Shown: positions 20,077-30,079 of the stretch, piece after piece
Layout of the letters: every line of letters begins with the position of its first letter
How positions within the stretch are numbered: the stretch's first letter is position 1
From: Candidatus Latescibacterota bacterium
GTDB taxonomy: Bacteria; Latescibacterota; UBA2968
Length of the DNA stretch: 64,000 nt
Direction: 5' to 3'
Assembly (NCBI GenBank): GCA_965204375.1
Contig: OZ241986.1
Span: 2,912,001 to 2,976,000, forward strand
Program-made: the position numbers and the translations under genes
Notes under the pieces: model-generated
What the model saw: the letters and a program-made list of their open reading frames with translations, nothing else
Database searches by the model: none
What the model was told of the DNA's origin: nothing

Positions 20077-22152
20077 ATGACAGAAGCAAAACTCAAACGG
20101 GAAATCGGCTTACTCGGCGTCTATGCCATTGCAACGGGCACGACCTTAAGCGCGGGATTCTTTTTATTGCCGGGTCTGGCTGCCGAACAGGCCGGTGCGG
20201 CCATTGTACTGGCATATATCGTCGCCGCTACTCCACTCGTACCGGCGATGTTCAGCATTATTGAACTGGCAACCGCGATGCCTCGCGCAGGTGGCGTCTA
20301 TTATTTTTTAGACCGATCACTCGGACCGTGGATGGGCACGCTTGGTGGCATTGGCACATGGCTCGCACTCGTATTAAAAGTATCATTCGCACTCGTGGGC
20401 ATGGGAGCGTACATCGCACTTTATGTACCCGAGTTGCCAATGATCCCCGTAGCCGTCGCAATTGCGGTTGGACTGGGCATACTGAATCTATTGGGCGCGC
20501 AGAAAAGCGGTGGATTTCAGATGGTATTGGTCCTGGGTTTGTTGATGATCTTGGGGATATTTATTGGAGGAGGCGTCCCCAGTATTGAACGCGCGCGATT
20601 AACCGCGATATTCGAGGCAGATGTCCAGACGGTTTTATCCACAGCGGGCCTGGTCTATATCAGTTATGTCGGCGTGACAACCGTAGCGAGTTTATCAGAA
20701 GAAGTAAAACATCCCGAACGCAATTTGCCTCTCGGCGTCATCTTCTCATTAATTACGGCGGTTCTGGTCTATGCGTTGGGCACGGGCGTCATGGTCGGTG
20801 TATTGCCTCTCGAGCAACTGGTGGGAGATTTAACGCCCGCCGCCTCAGCGGCCAAAGCCGTATTTGGCGATTGGGGTGCGTTAATCATCTCTCTGGCAGC
20901 CCTCCTCGCCTTTACATCGGTCGCCAATGCGGGAATGCTTTCGGCTTCTCGCTTTCCCCTGGCAATGAGCCGAGACCACATGATGCCGGGATTTTTTCAG
21001 CATTTGAATGCAAGAGGCGCACCCGTTCAAGGAGTATTGGTGACCATGGGCGTAATTGTTTTAATCCTCATCTTTCTCGACCCAACCAAAATTGCCAAAT
21101 TGGCCAGTGCGTTTCAATTATTGATGTTCGCGCTGGTATGCCTGGCAGTAATTGTCATGCGCGAAAGCGGGTTGGCTTCTTACGACTCGGGATATCATTC
21201 ACCGCTGTACCCGTGGATGCAGATATTCGGCATAGTAGCTTCGTGTACGTTAATCATTGAAATGGGCTGGTTATCGTCTCTATTCTCCCTGGGTCTGATC
21301 CTGTTGGGAACAATCTGGTACTTCAAATTTGCCCGAGACAAAGTCAACCGCGACGGTGCGATTTACCACATGTTTGAACGCTGGGGACAAAGGCGACACA
21401 CCGGACTGGATATCGAACTGCGGGGCATCCTGAAGGAAAAGGGATTGCGCGACGAAGATCCCTTTGAAGAAGTCGCGGCTCGAAGCCTGGTCATCGACCT
21501 GGATCGCCCGGCCGAATTTGAGGATATTGTGCGGCAGGTATCGAAATGGTTATCGGGTCGCGTGCCACACACCGTAGATGAAATTGAGAAACAATTGCTG
21601 GACCGCACGCATATTGGATCGACACCTGTGACGCACGGCGTGGGATTGCCACATCTGCGAATTGATGGAATCGAACACTGCGAAATGGTCCTCGTGCGAT
21701 CACTGCCGGGCATTCACATCCAGTTTGCAGACCCACTGACCGGGCATGAGGTAGAAACGCAACTAACCGCGATCTTTTTCTTATTCAGCCCAGAACACGA
21801 CCCCTCACAGCACCTGCGTATTCTGGCACAAATTGCGCGGCGTGCAGACGATGAAAACTTCTTGCGCGAATGGCACTCCGCCAGCGATGAAGTCGAGTTA
21901 AAAGAAGCCCTGTTGCGCGACGATGCCTTTTTATTATTGACATTGCGCCGCGACCACGCGACCGCCGACCTCATTGGCCGCGCCCTGATCGAGACGGATT
22001 TCCCAGAAGGCTGTCTCGTGGCAATATTGCGCCGCGGCGGGCGCATGGTGATTCCCCGTGGCAATACCGTATTGCGAGAAAATGATCGCTTGACAATTTT
22101 GGGAAACAACGAAGGATTGCGAGACCTCGAAGTGCGATTTGGCGAGCGGTGA
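20077..22152 (+). CDS. APC amino-acid permease fused to PTS EIIA-like and TrkA-C (RCK_C) domains
   Basis: LKREIGL...GTTLSAGFFLLPG, MPRAGGVY, SEEVKHPERNLP; EIIA-like STPVTHGVGLPH and HLRILAQIAR; RCK_C-like LVAILRRGGRMVIPRGNTVLRENDRLTILG. Confidence 0.88.
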   Translation: MTEAKLKREIGLLGVYAIATGTTLSAGFFLLPGLAAEQAGAAIVLAYIVAATPLVPAMFSIIELATAMPRAGGVYYFLDRSLGPWMGTLGGIGTWLALVLKVSFALVGMGAYIALYVPELPMIPVAVAIAVGLGILNLLGAQKSGGFQMVLVLGLLMILGIFIGGGVPSIERARLTAIFEADVQTVLSTAGLVYISYVGVTTVASLSEEVKHPERNLPLGVIFSLITAVLVYALGTGVMVGVLPLEQLVGDLTPAASAAKAVFGDWGALIISLAALLAFTSVANAGMLSASRFPLAMSRDHMMPGFFQHLNARGAPVQGVLVTMGVIVLILIFLDPTKIAKLASAFQLLMFALVCLAVIVMRESGLASYDSGYHSPLYPWMQIFGIVASCTLIIEMGWLSSLFSLGLILLGTIWYFKFARDKVNRDGAIYHMFERWGQRRHTGLDIELRGILKEKGLRDEDPFEEVAARSLVIDLDRPAEFEDIVRQVSKWLSGRVPHTVDEIEKQLLDRTHIGSTPVTHGVGLPHLRIDGIEHCEMVLVRSLPGIHIQFADPLTGHEVETQLTAIFFLFSPEHDPSQHLRILAQIARRADDENFLREWHSASDEVELKEALLRDDAFLLLTLRRDHATADLIGRALIETDFPEGCLVAILRRGGRMVIPRGNTVLRENDRLTILGNNEGLRDLEVRFGER

Positions 22153-22167
22153 GTCTCGGCACCCAGA

Positions 22168-23712
22168 TCACCCGTAGAGACGGCCAACAGTCTCGGGGTG
22201 TTTGCGAGCCTCGCGCATGAGGCGATTGCCCCACGTAGTGGGATATCTGCCCGTGACACACCCCAGACACAGGGTATCTGTTTCACACCCAATGCTGGAA
22301 CCCAGATCGGGAACATCGAGGTACCTCAGGCTATCGACATCGAGATCGATAGCCATTTTTTTTAGCGTTTGTGCGCTGGGCATACCCCGGTATCGCACCG
22401 GGACGTGTTCGGGGGCAAAGAGTTCGTCCAGAGTCGTCATATCAATCCCGTAAAAACACGGTGCAACAATGGGCGGACAGGCCACGCGCACATGTACTTC
22501 GGTCGCACCGCCGATATCGCGCACCTGGTGGGCAAGGGTGCGAAGTGTGAGGGAGCGCACAATAGAATCTTCCACGAGGAAAACGCGCTTGCCCGATAAA
22601 ACAGAGGCCAATGACGTGTACTTGCTCTTAGCACTCTGCGAGCGGGTGGTTTTGGGCTGGATAAACGTGCGCCCCACATAGCGATTGCGGATCACACCTT
22701 CCATACAGGGCATATTCAGGGTGTGGGCATAGGCATCGGCTGCGGCTTTGGCCGTATCGGGAACAGGCACAACCACACATGAATCGTCGATTTTCTGGTT
22801 TTCTTTTTTGGCCAAAATACGACCGGCATCAGCGCGAGAAGTATAAACACTGAGGCCGTCAATTTCACTGGCAACATTGGAAAAATAAACCCATTCAAAA
22901 AAGCAACGCGCTGTTTTTTTCGGTTCCGTATAGCGCGCAACGCGCAAATCGCCATTTTCGATAATCACCATTTCGCCGGGTTTGAGCCATTTGATATCGC
23001 CAAAACCGAGATTGGAAAGAGCCGTTGATTCATTGGCTGCGGCAAAAAGGCGACCTTTCACCCCCCAGCACATGGGATGCAAACCGAGCGGATCGCGCGA
23101 GACGAACATACGTCCCGAGGCATCGAGAAATGCGATATTATAAGCGCCGTCAAAATCGCGGGAAAGCGAACGCATCACATCGGCCAGATCGGGCGCATTT
23201 TCACCCTTCAACCGATACGCCAGAGTATGCATGATGATTTCGGTATCGATATTGAGGGTAAAGTGATACCCCTGCTTGGACAACAGGCGTTCGCGCAACA
23301 GCGTGTAATTGGCCAGATTGCCATTAAAAGCCAGACTAAACCATTTCCAAATACGCCCGTGCTGCCGTTCAAAGGGCTGTGCATATCGCACATCATCTTC
23401 GCCACTGGTGGCATAGCGCGTATGTCCAATCGCAGCAATTCCCGCATATTGGTTAATAATGGACTGGAATTTGCCTGGATGCGACATGCGAAAGGCTTCG
23501 GTAACGCCACCCAAGTCTTTAAACGTGCGCAAAAGGTGATCGCGGTCGGGGTGATAGGAGCAATACCCCGCGGCGAGTTGTCCCCTGTTTTGGAGGTCGA
23601 GCAACATACTCGGCATAAGTGCTGCAACATTTTCAAAATCATCGGCATTGCCGTTTTCCCTGAGCCAGTAGAGGGCTGCCACGCCGCATTCGTGACCAAT
23701 ATCTTCGCTCAT
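22168..23712 (-). CDS. purF: Amidophosphoribosyltransferase
   Basis: Short propeptide then CGV nucleophile, QNRGQ, GHTRYATSG, CFFEWVYF, EDSIVR, PCFYGID, CLGC (Fe-S type). Confidence 0.96.
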   Translation of the reverse strand: MSEDIGHECGVAALYWLRENGNADDFENVAALMPSMLLDLQNRGQLAAGYCSYHPDRDHLLRTFKDLGGVTEAFRMSHPGKFQSIINQYAGIAAIGHTRYATSGEDDVRYAQPFERQHGRIWKWFSLAFNGNLANYTLLRERLLSKQGYHFTLNIDTEIIMHTLAYRLKGENAPDLADVMRSLSRDFDGAYNIAFLDASGRMFVSRDPLGLHPMCWGVKGRLFAAANESTALSNLGFGDIKWLKPGEMVIIENGDLRVARYTEPKKTARCFFEWVYFSNVASEIDGLSVYTSRADAGRILAKKENQKIDDSCVVVPVPDTAKAAADAYAHTLNMPCMEGVIRNRYVGRTFIQPKTTRSQSAKSKYTSLASVLSGKRVFLVEDSIVRSLTLRTLAHQVRDIGGATEVHVRVACPPIVAPCFYGIDMTTLDELFAPEHVPVRYRGMPSAQTLKKMAIDLDVDSLRYLDVPDLGSSIGCETDTLCLGCVTGRYPTTWGNRLMREARKHPETVGRLYG

Positions 23713-23721
23713 AAAAATCTC

Positions 23722-24831
23722 CTATCCCAATGCCTGATTCTGCATATAATGAATTCCAGCAACAATTTCTTCGTGCGTCACATCATCTCGCGGCACAATT
23801 TTTCCAATCCGTTCGGGCAATACAAAGCGGATGACACCGTCCCGCGCTTTCTTATCACTTGCCATTCGCGCCAACACCTCATCGACTTTCAAATCGGGCA
23901 CACCCCTGGGAATGCCCAGACGGGCAATAAGTGCATTTTGCCGCTCAAACGCATCTTGCGACCACATCCCCTTTTGCACTGCGATATACCCTGCAGCCAG
24001 CATCCCCAAACACACCGCCTCGCCGTGTTTGTAATAATCGTAATGCGTCACCACTTCCAGGGCGTGTCCCACCGTATGGCCGTAATTCAAAATTTCGCGC
24101 AAGCCCTTCTCGGTTTCATCGGCAGCCACAACACCCGCCTTGATGCGACACTGTTGGGCAACGAGCCAATTGATCTGATCCGCGGGCAGGCTTAAACTTG
24201 CCGCGCCCTCAATACAATCTTCCAAAAACGCCACCAGACCGGGATCGCGTATAATCCCGTGCTTGATCACCTCTGCCATACCCGCTCGCACTTCGCGTTT
24301 GGGCAAGGTATCGAGTGTAGCCGTATCGATCAACACCAACTTTGGCTGGTGAAAAGCACCGATCATGTTCTTTCCAAAAACGTGATCCACGGCTGTTTTG
24401 CCCCCCACACTGGCATCGACCTGTGCTTCCAGCGTCGTGGGCACCTGCACAAAATCAACCCCCCTCAAATACGTCGCAGCGACAAACCCAGCCATATCGC
24501 CGACCACACCACCGCCCAATGTCACAACACAGGACTTGCGATCCAATCCCGCCGCAATCAAATCGCCGTAGATCTGCCCAGCCGTCTCAAGCGTCTTGTA
24601 TTGCTCGCCATCGGACACGGTTACGACCACAACCTTCACACCGGCGCGGGCGAGACTCTGCCGAACCGTATCGAGATAGAGCGCAGCAACTGTCGGATTG
24701 GTCACAATCGCCGCTGTTTCTCCCAACCCTCGCTCTACATACAGATCTCCCAAATCGCGCAAACAATCGCGACCGATTAAAATATCGTAACTTCGATCAT
24801 CTAAATCAACCGTCACTATTTCCATTGTCAA
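23722..24831 (-). CDS. aroB: 3-dehydroquinate synthase
   Basis: GGGVVGDMAGF, PTTLEAQVDASVGGKT, LNYGHTVGHA, HGEAV. Confidence 0.97.
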   Translation of the reverse strand: MTMEIVTVDLDDRSYDILIGRDCLRDLGDLYVERGLGETAAIVTNPTVAALYLDTVRQSLARAGVKVVVVTVSDGEQYKTLETAGQIYGDLIAAGLDRKSCVVTLGGGVVGDMAGFVAATYLRGVDFVQVPTTLEAQVDASVGGKTAVDHVFGKNMIGAFHQPKLVLIDTATLDTLPKREVRAGMAEVIKHGIIRDPGLVAFLEDCIEGAASLSLPADQINWLVAQQCRIKAGVVAADETEKGLREILNYGHTVGHALEVVTHYDYYKHGEAVCLGMLAAGYIAVQKGMWSQDAFERQNALIARLGIPRGVPDLKVDEVLARMASDKKARDGVIRFVLPERIGKIVPRDDVTHEEIVAGIHYMQNQALG

Positions 24832-25376
24832 TCCCGATCCAGAACGCGCTGTAATTCAATCAATGCTGTCTCTGCCGTATCTTCGGGCGAGCAATCATTT
24901 GTCGAAGTTGCAAACGCATCTGCACGCGCATAGAATGGCTCTCGCTCTGCCATCATTATCTTAATTTTGTTTTTCAAATCCTCGTCATCCAGCCCGGCCA
25001 GCAAGGGCCTTTCATCGCGCTTGCGACTGACCCGTTCAAAAATTGTATCGACAGAAGCGCGGAAACACAAACACACGCCGGTTTTGCGAATGACCGCCCA
25101 ATTCCGCTCCTGCGTGATGGCACCACCACCGAGAGAAACGATCACATTGCCCATCTTCGATGCCACGACAACCGCCTGGTGTTCCAACTGGCGAAATGCG
25201 GTTTCACCGCATTCCTCAAAAATTTCCGGAATTGTTTTCCCAGCGGCATCGACCACCAATTCATCTGTATCGACAAAGGTCCGATTCAACCATCCGGACA
25301 AAATGCGCCCGACTCTGGTTTTCCCCGTTGCCATAAAACCGGTGAGAAATATGGGTTTATCAGGTAGATCAAACAC
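24828..25376 (-). CDS. aroK: Shikimate kinase
   Basis: GFMATGKT Walker A, DTD, GETAFR, SLGGG, RPLL. Confidence 0.96.
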   Translation of the reverse strand: MFDLPDKPIFLTGFMATGKTRVGRILSGWLNRTFVDTDELVVDAAGKTIPEIFEECGETAFRQLEHQAVVVASKMGNVIVSLGGGAITQERNWAVIRKTGVCLCFRASVDTIFERVSRKRDERPLLAGLDDEDLKNKIKIMMAEREPFYARADAFATSTNDCSPEDTAETALIELQRVLDRD

Positions 25377-25398
25377 AGTGCTCTTCCACGATACGTTA

Positions 25399-27105
25399 TC
25401 ACATCTGTTCTGGCGCTTTCATCCCCAGCAAAGTTAGGCCCGATGCCAGCACCGTCTTAATCGCATAGACCAGTGCGACGCGGGCAGCCGTCAAATCCGC
25501 TTGTTCAGAAATAACCTGATGGGCATTGTAAAACCGATTGGCGACCGTACACAATTCAATCATAAGCGTTGTCACCACAGAGGGTTCGTATTCGTCCGCA
25601 GCTTTTTGAATCTGCCCTGGAAATCGCGCAAGGCACTTGACGACCTCAATGGCTTCTGGCTCATTTAACAACGCGAAGTCGATATCTCGCAGTGGCAAAG
25701 TGCCGTCATAACGCCGCAACACACTGCAATATCGCGCGTGGGTATATTGCAGATAGGGACCGGTTTCGCCGTTGAAATTTAAAACCTCGTCCCAATCAAA
25801 CACAATATCGCGCGTCCGTTTGGAATCCAGATCCGCAAAAATAATCGCACCAATGCCCACATCTCGTGCAATCTGATCACTATTGGGCAAATCGGGATTC
25901 TTATCGGCAATAATTTTTCGCGTCAACTCAATCGCGCGATTCAGCACATCTTCCAAAAAAACCACATTGCCCCTGCGCGTTGAGGCTCCAGTGCCATCTT
26001 TGAATCGCAGCCGCCCAAATTGCACATGCGCGCATTTTTCTCGCCAGTCGTATTCCATCAATTCCAACACCTGAAACAACTGGCGAAAATACAGCGATTG
26101 CGCCACATCCACCACATAGAGCAATTTTTCAAAGCGATATGTTTCCCACCGATACTCCAGCGCGGCCAAATCGCGCGTACCGTACAATGTCGCATCGTCG
26201 CTTCGCAATGCGATCAAAGGTGGCATATCCCATTTTTCCAGATCCACAATGGTCGCGCCTTCGCTCTCCGTCAGCAACCCCTTTGACCGCAAACGCTCCA
26301 ATGTCGCGGGCATCTTATCCTGATAAAAACTCTCTCCGGCAATCGACTCAAACCCAATGCCCAGCATATCGTAAACGCGATCAAACTCCTTAAAACTCAC
26401 ATCCACGCACACCTGCCACATCCGCACGGCTTCTTCATCGCCGTCTTCGAGGCGGCGAAACCAATCGCGGGCTTCTTGTTCGAGTTTGGGATTGTCTTCA
26501 ATCTCTTCATTAATGCGAACATAGAGTTCCAACAACTTCTGAATGGTAATATTCGCCGTCAATTCGCCCTCACCCCAGTAATTCCACGCCAGAATCAATT
26601 TCGCAAACTGAGACCCCCAATCGCCCAGATGATTCACCCCAATCACTTCATAGCCCAATGCCCGATAAATATTTCGCAAGGCATTGCCAATCACCGTTGA
26701 CCGCAGATGGTGAATGCCAAATGGCTTGGCAATATTGGGATGCGAAAAATCGATCACAACCGTCTTTCCAGCACCGTGATCCCCGCACCCGTAATCCGCA
26801 CCCTGTTCGAGAACCACAGAGAGTGTCTCTCCCACCAAATTGGTCTTCGGCACAAAAAAATTGAGATACGGACCTGTGGAACGCACCTCGGAAATTCGCT
26901 CACCCGTCACAATTTGTGCAGATAATTCTTCGGCAATCAGATGGGGAGCTTTGCGAAAAATTTTGGCCAACGTAAAACACGGCAAAGCATAATCGCCCAT
27001 CTCGGGTTTTGGCGGTGTCTCGATCAGCGCCTTCACATCGCCACAAGACATCTCAGTTGCTTTTGACACCTGCAATACAATTTCTTCAACAAAAGGATTG
27101 ACCAC
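25399..27105 (-). CDS. argS: Arginine--tRNA ligase
   Basis: GPYLNF, DFSHPNIAKPFGIHHLRST, NHLGDWG, STRRG, GETGPYLQYTHAR, C-terminal APEQM. Confidence 0.97.
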   Translation of the reverse strand: MVNPFVEEIVLQVSKATEMSCGDVKALIETPPKPEMGDYALPCFTLAKIFRKAPHLIAEELSAQIVTGERISEVRSTGPYLNFFVPKTNLVGETLSVVLEQGADYGCGDHGAGKTVVIDFSHPNIAKPFGIHHLRSTVIGNALRNIYRALGYEVIGVNHLGDWGSQFAKLILAWNYWGEGELTANITIQKLLELYVRINEEIEDNPKLEQEARDWFRRLEDGDEEAVRMWQVCVDVSFKEFDRVYDMLGIGFESIAGESFYQDKMPATLERLRSKGLLTESEGATIVDLEKWDMPPLIALRSDDATLYGTRDLAALEYRWETYRFEKLLYVVDVAQSLYFRQLFQVLELMEYDWREKCAHVQFGRLRFKDGTGASTRRGNVVFLEDVLNRAIELTRKIIADKNPDLPNSDQIARDVGIGAIIFADLDSKRTRDIVFDWDEVLNFNGETGPYLQYTHARYCSVLRRYDGTLPLRDIDFALLNEPEAIEVVKCLARFPGQIQKAADEYEPSVVTTLMIELCTVANRFYNAHQVISEQADLTAARVALVYAIKTVLASGLTLLGMKAPEQM

Positions 27106-27148
27106 AAAATACCTCCACTATCTCAAGGGCCTCTTTCCCTGCCCTCCC

Positions 27149-27613
27149 CTATTTCAAAATATCCAAATCCAAAATTTTTTGTACATCGGCCTTCACTTGC
27201 GCGGGCACGCGAAATCGATAGCTTTTTCGTTGAGAAATGAGTTCCAAATCGCGCTCTGTGCGCCACACATATCTCGAAAAACGCTGCCAGGGCATATAGC
27301 GCATACCCATCAGCAATCCGCGCGCACTCATAGTTACGCGAATGGTAGCATACGCGATATAAAAAAATTCGAGAGAAAGCAAAAAACCGAACAATTGCGG
27401 CACAAATCCCACGCCATCTGAAATCGCAGCCCCCCGAAACAGCACAATCCCCCCCATCACAATCAAAAGCACATCCCATCGTTTCTGCAAAAAAACCACC
27501 ACAGGCTCCTGTGTATTGGACACATGACGCCGCAATCGCCAATAGGCCACAATAGACGCGCCCAATAAAATGGGAGCGAGAATCAACACGATTTGTATAA
27601 GTGTCAAAGACAT
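27149..27613 (-). CDS. Hypothetical membrane protein
   Basis: Three hydrophobic segments and a short basic C-terminal domain; co-directional within the operon. Confidence 0.6.
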   Translation of the reverse strand: MSLTLIQIVLILAPILLGASIVAYWRLRRHVSNTQEPVVVFLQKRWDVLLIVMGGIVLFRGAAISDGVGFVPQLFGFLLSLEFFYIAYATIRVTMSARGLLMGMRYMPWQRFSRYVWRTERDLELISQRKSYRFRVPAQVKADVQKILDLDILK

Positions 27614-27614
27614 G

Positions 27615-28376
27615 TTACGTTTTCGACGCCAGATAAATAGTTGCAATCCCAAAGCTCAACTGAACCGCCTGTATATCGACAAATCCCGCATCGGACAACC
27701 GCCCGCAAAAATCATCACCTTCGGGAAAATGCATCACAGATTCATACAAATAGCGGTAGGCATTCGGGTCGCGGGAAATCATGTGTCCAATACGAGGCAA
27801 AATACGCTGAAAATAAAAATTGTAAAGGCCGCGGAACACAGGGGTTCGCGGCCTTGAAAACTCCAGCACAGCCACGCGCCCACCCACCTTGAGCACGCGG
27901 CACATCTCGCTCAGGGCCGTTTCCAACTCGGCCACATTGCGAATGCCAAATCCGATTGTCACGCCGTCAAATGTCCCCTCACCAAAAGGAAGACTCTCCC
28001 CATCGCCACACAAAAACGCGACCGGATTTGCTCGCGACTCATTTTTTTTTGTGCCCTCGCGCAACATCGGCACCGAAGGATCGACGCCGATCACCTGAAT
28101 ATCGCCAGCGCGCTTGCCGCATTCAAACCCCAAATCGCCCGTGCCCGTAGCCAGGTCCAAAATGCGCCAGTTCGGCCCGGGTCGCAATCGGTCAATAGTC
28201 TTTTTTCGCCAAACAATATCAACGCCCAGGCTCAACAGGTGGTTGAGCAAATCGTACCTGCGAGCAATCCCATCAAACATCTGCCGCACAAAAGCGCGCT
28301 TGGCTTCTGGTTTGAGCAACACATCGCGCGCAATACCCGCAGGGGCTTTAGGGCTATGCCTGTGCTCACCTCTCAT
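27615..28376 (-). CDS. ubiE: Demethylmenaquinone/ubiquinone methyltransferase UbiE/MenG
   Basis: MFDGIARRYDLLNHLLSLG, LDLATGTGD, IGFGIRNV, AYRYLYES. Start approximate. Confidence 0.93.
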   Translation of the reverse strand: MRGEHRHSPKAPAGIARDVLLKPEAKRAFVRQMFDGIARRYDLLNHLLSLGVDIVWRKKTIDRLRPGPNWRILDLATGTGDLGFECGKRAGDIQVIGVDPSVPMLREGTKKNESRANPVAFLCGDGESLPFGEGTFDGVTIGFGIRNVAELETALSEMCRVLKVGGRVAVLEFSRPRTPVFRGLYNFYFQRILPRIGHMISRDPNAYRYLYESVMHFPEGDDFCGRLSDAGFVDIQAVQLSFGIATIYLASKT

Positions 28377-29244
28377 TTTTTGTGCCGACCCGTTTGACAA
28401 CGACATTTTTCATCACATCAGTCGGTGGCTCAACACCCGTCCAGATCGCAAAAGACCGCGCTCCTTGAAAGACCAGCATATCCAGCCCTCCAAAAGCCAG
28501 CGCACCAACCGATTGAAACGCGCGCATCAACTGCGTTTCCAGCGGATTGAACACCGTATCGTAGAGCACCAAATCCGGATGGACAGCGCGCACATCGGCA
28601 AGGGGCGAGGCATTGACCTCGGGATACATCCCCAGCGAAGTGGTATTCACAACCACGCCCGCATCGGCAAACGCCCTGCATTGCGCATCGGCATCCAGTG
28701 CACCCACATCCATTTTTGTGCCCGTTATTTCTTCCATATCCACCGCCAGATCCTCAGCGCGTTTAACCGTGCGATTCAAAATCGTCACCCGCTGCACACT
28801 TTCTTGCGTTCCCAGCGCATACGTCACAGCGCGGGCAGCCCCACCGGCGCCGAGCACCACGCAATGCGCGGGAAATGTCACAATCCCCGCAATATCGCGC
28901 AATGCCGTCAGGACGCCATAGACATCCGTATTGTAACCGACCAACTCATCTTTTTCGCGCGAAATAGTATTAACCGCACCCACAGCCAGTGCTTCTTCTG
29001 AAATGCGATCCAGGTATTCCATCACCGCCAGCTTGTGCGGAATCGTCACATTTAACCCGCGAATATTCAGCCCGCGCAACCCCATCATCGCCTCATTCAC
29101 GCGGTCGGGCAATACGTGAAAAGCCACATAACAATAATCTACATCTAATGCGGCGATTGCGGCATTGTGCATATCGGGAGAAAACGAATGAGCCACCGGG
29201 TCGCCAATAACGCCCAGCACCTGACTTGTTGCGCGAATATTCAT
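28366..29244 (-). CDS. aroE: Shikimate dehydrogenase
   Basis: GDPVAHSFSP, NVTIPHK, GAVNT, NTD, GAGGAARA, NTTSLGM, GLDMLVFQG. Confidence 0.96.
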   Translation of the reverse strand: MNIRATSQVLGVIGDPVAHSFSPDMHNAAIAALDVDYCYVAFHVLPDRVNEAMMGLRGLNIRGLNVTIPHKLAVMEYLDRISEEALAVGAVNTISREKDELVGYNTDVYGVLTALRDIAGIVTFPAHCVVLGAGGAARAVTYALGTQESVQRVTILNRTVKRAEDLAVDMEEITGTKMDVGALDADAQCRAFADAGVVVNTTSLGMYPEVNASPLADVRAVHPDLVLYDTVFNPLETQLMRAFQSVGALAFGGLDMLVFQGARSFAIWTGVEPPTDVMKNVVVKRVGTKNER

Positions 29245-29399
29245 CAAGACCTTCGACTGCCATCCAGCAAATCATTTACAAACTCATCCGCAATATCAAA
29301 ACTCTCCTTCCACGAGCAGCTGTATGTATAGCGTATAAATGCCACACCGCCCAGGATCATCAAAATCGCAAATAGCGCGAGCTTAAAAAGTATCTTCAT
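29244..29399 (-). CDS. Small membrane-anchored protein (51 aa), not in ORF track
   Basis: MKILFKLALFAILMILGGVAFIRYTYSCSWKESFDIADEFVNDLLDGSRRS*; ATGA overlap with the upstream gene, TGATG overlap with aroE, GAGGTG RBS. Confidence 0.75.
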   Translation of the reverse strand: MKILFKLALFAILMILGGVAFIRYTYSCSWKESFDIADEFVNDLLDGSRRS

Positions 29400-30061
29400 A
29401 TTTTCACCTCTTTTGGTTGAACAACAGTAGATAAACAGGCAAATAACCCGGCGAAATCACGACACATATCACCCGTATTTGACACCCGGGTTTCGCCCTC
29501 GGCTACCAATCCCGCCAGTGCAAAGGTCAATCCCGTGAGGGCATCGCCGCCAGCATCGACCTCTATGCCCTCAAGGCGCACAGGCCCCTGCACCACCAGG
29601 CCATCGGGCATTTCGCCTACCTTAGCCCCCATTTGACGCAAATTTTGAATCGTCAGTGATAGGCGGTCAACCTCTCCCTGGCGCAAACCCTCTCCATCTC
29701 GAATAACCATTTCGCCCGCGGCTTGCGTGCCCATCACAGCGAGAAAAGGCACTTCACGAATAAATAGATCGGTTTGCTCGCCCCCTATGCGCGTGCGCCG
29801 CAATTCAGACCCCTGAACTTTAACCGTACGCGTCATCTCAGACTTTGATCGCGTCACCTGAATATCCAATTGTGCATTCAATCGTCGCAACAAATCCAAT
29901 GCGCGTCGGGTCTTCCAATCGTCGCCCACGCAGTGAAGGGTCAAATCCGACTGCGATAACATCGCCGCAGCGCCGAGCAAATACAGCGTAGTCTCAGGAT
30001 CCCCCGGCACATCGCATTCCCCAATAAGCCCACGCGCTTCTTTTACCTCATACATACTCAC
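29396..30061 (-). CDS. Half-length, catalytically degenerate EPSP-synthase (AroA)-like protein
   Basis: LIGECDVPGD resembles the AroA N-terminus, followed directly by C-terminal AroA-like segments (FIREVP, GLRQGEVDRL, LRQMGAKV, DALTGLTFALAGL); ~220 aa; GTG start after GGGGAG. Confidence 0.75.
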   Translation of the reverse strand: MSMYEVKEARGLIGECDVPGDPETTLYLLGAAAMLSQSDLTLHCVGDDWKTRRALDLLRRLNAQLDIQVTRSKSEMTRTVKVQGSELRRTRIGGEQTDLFIREVPFLAVMGTQAAGEMVIRDGEGLRQGEVDRLSLTIQNLRQMGAKVGEMPDGLVVQGPVRLEGIEVDAGGDALTGLTFALAGLVAEGETRVSNTGDMCRDFAGLFACLSTVVQPKEVKI

Positions 30062-30079
30062 GTTTTCGATCTCCCCTGG

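Noticed and set aside
26700-26730. ArgRS HIGH motif reads GIHH
   Set aside because: ArgRS HIGH motifs are variable and the rest of the protein is intact; no evidence of altered function.
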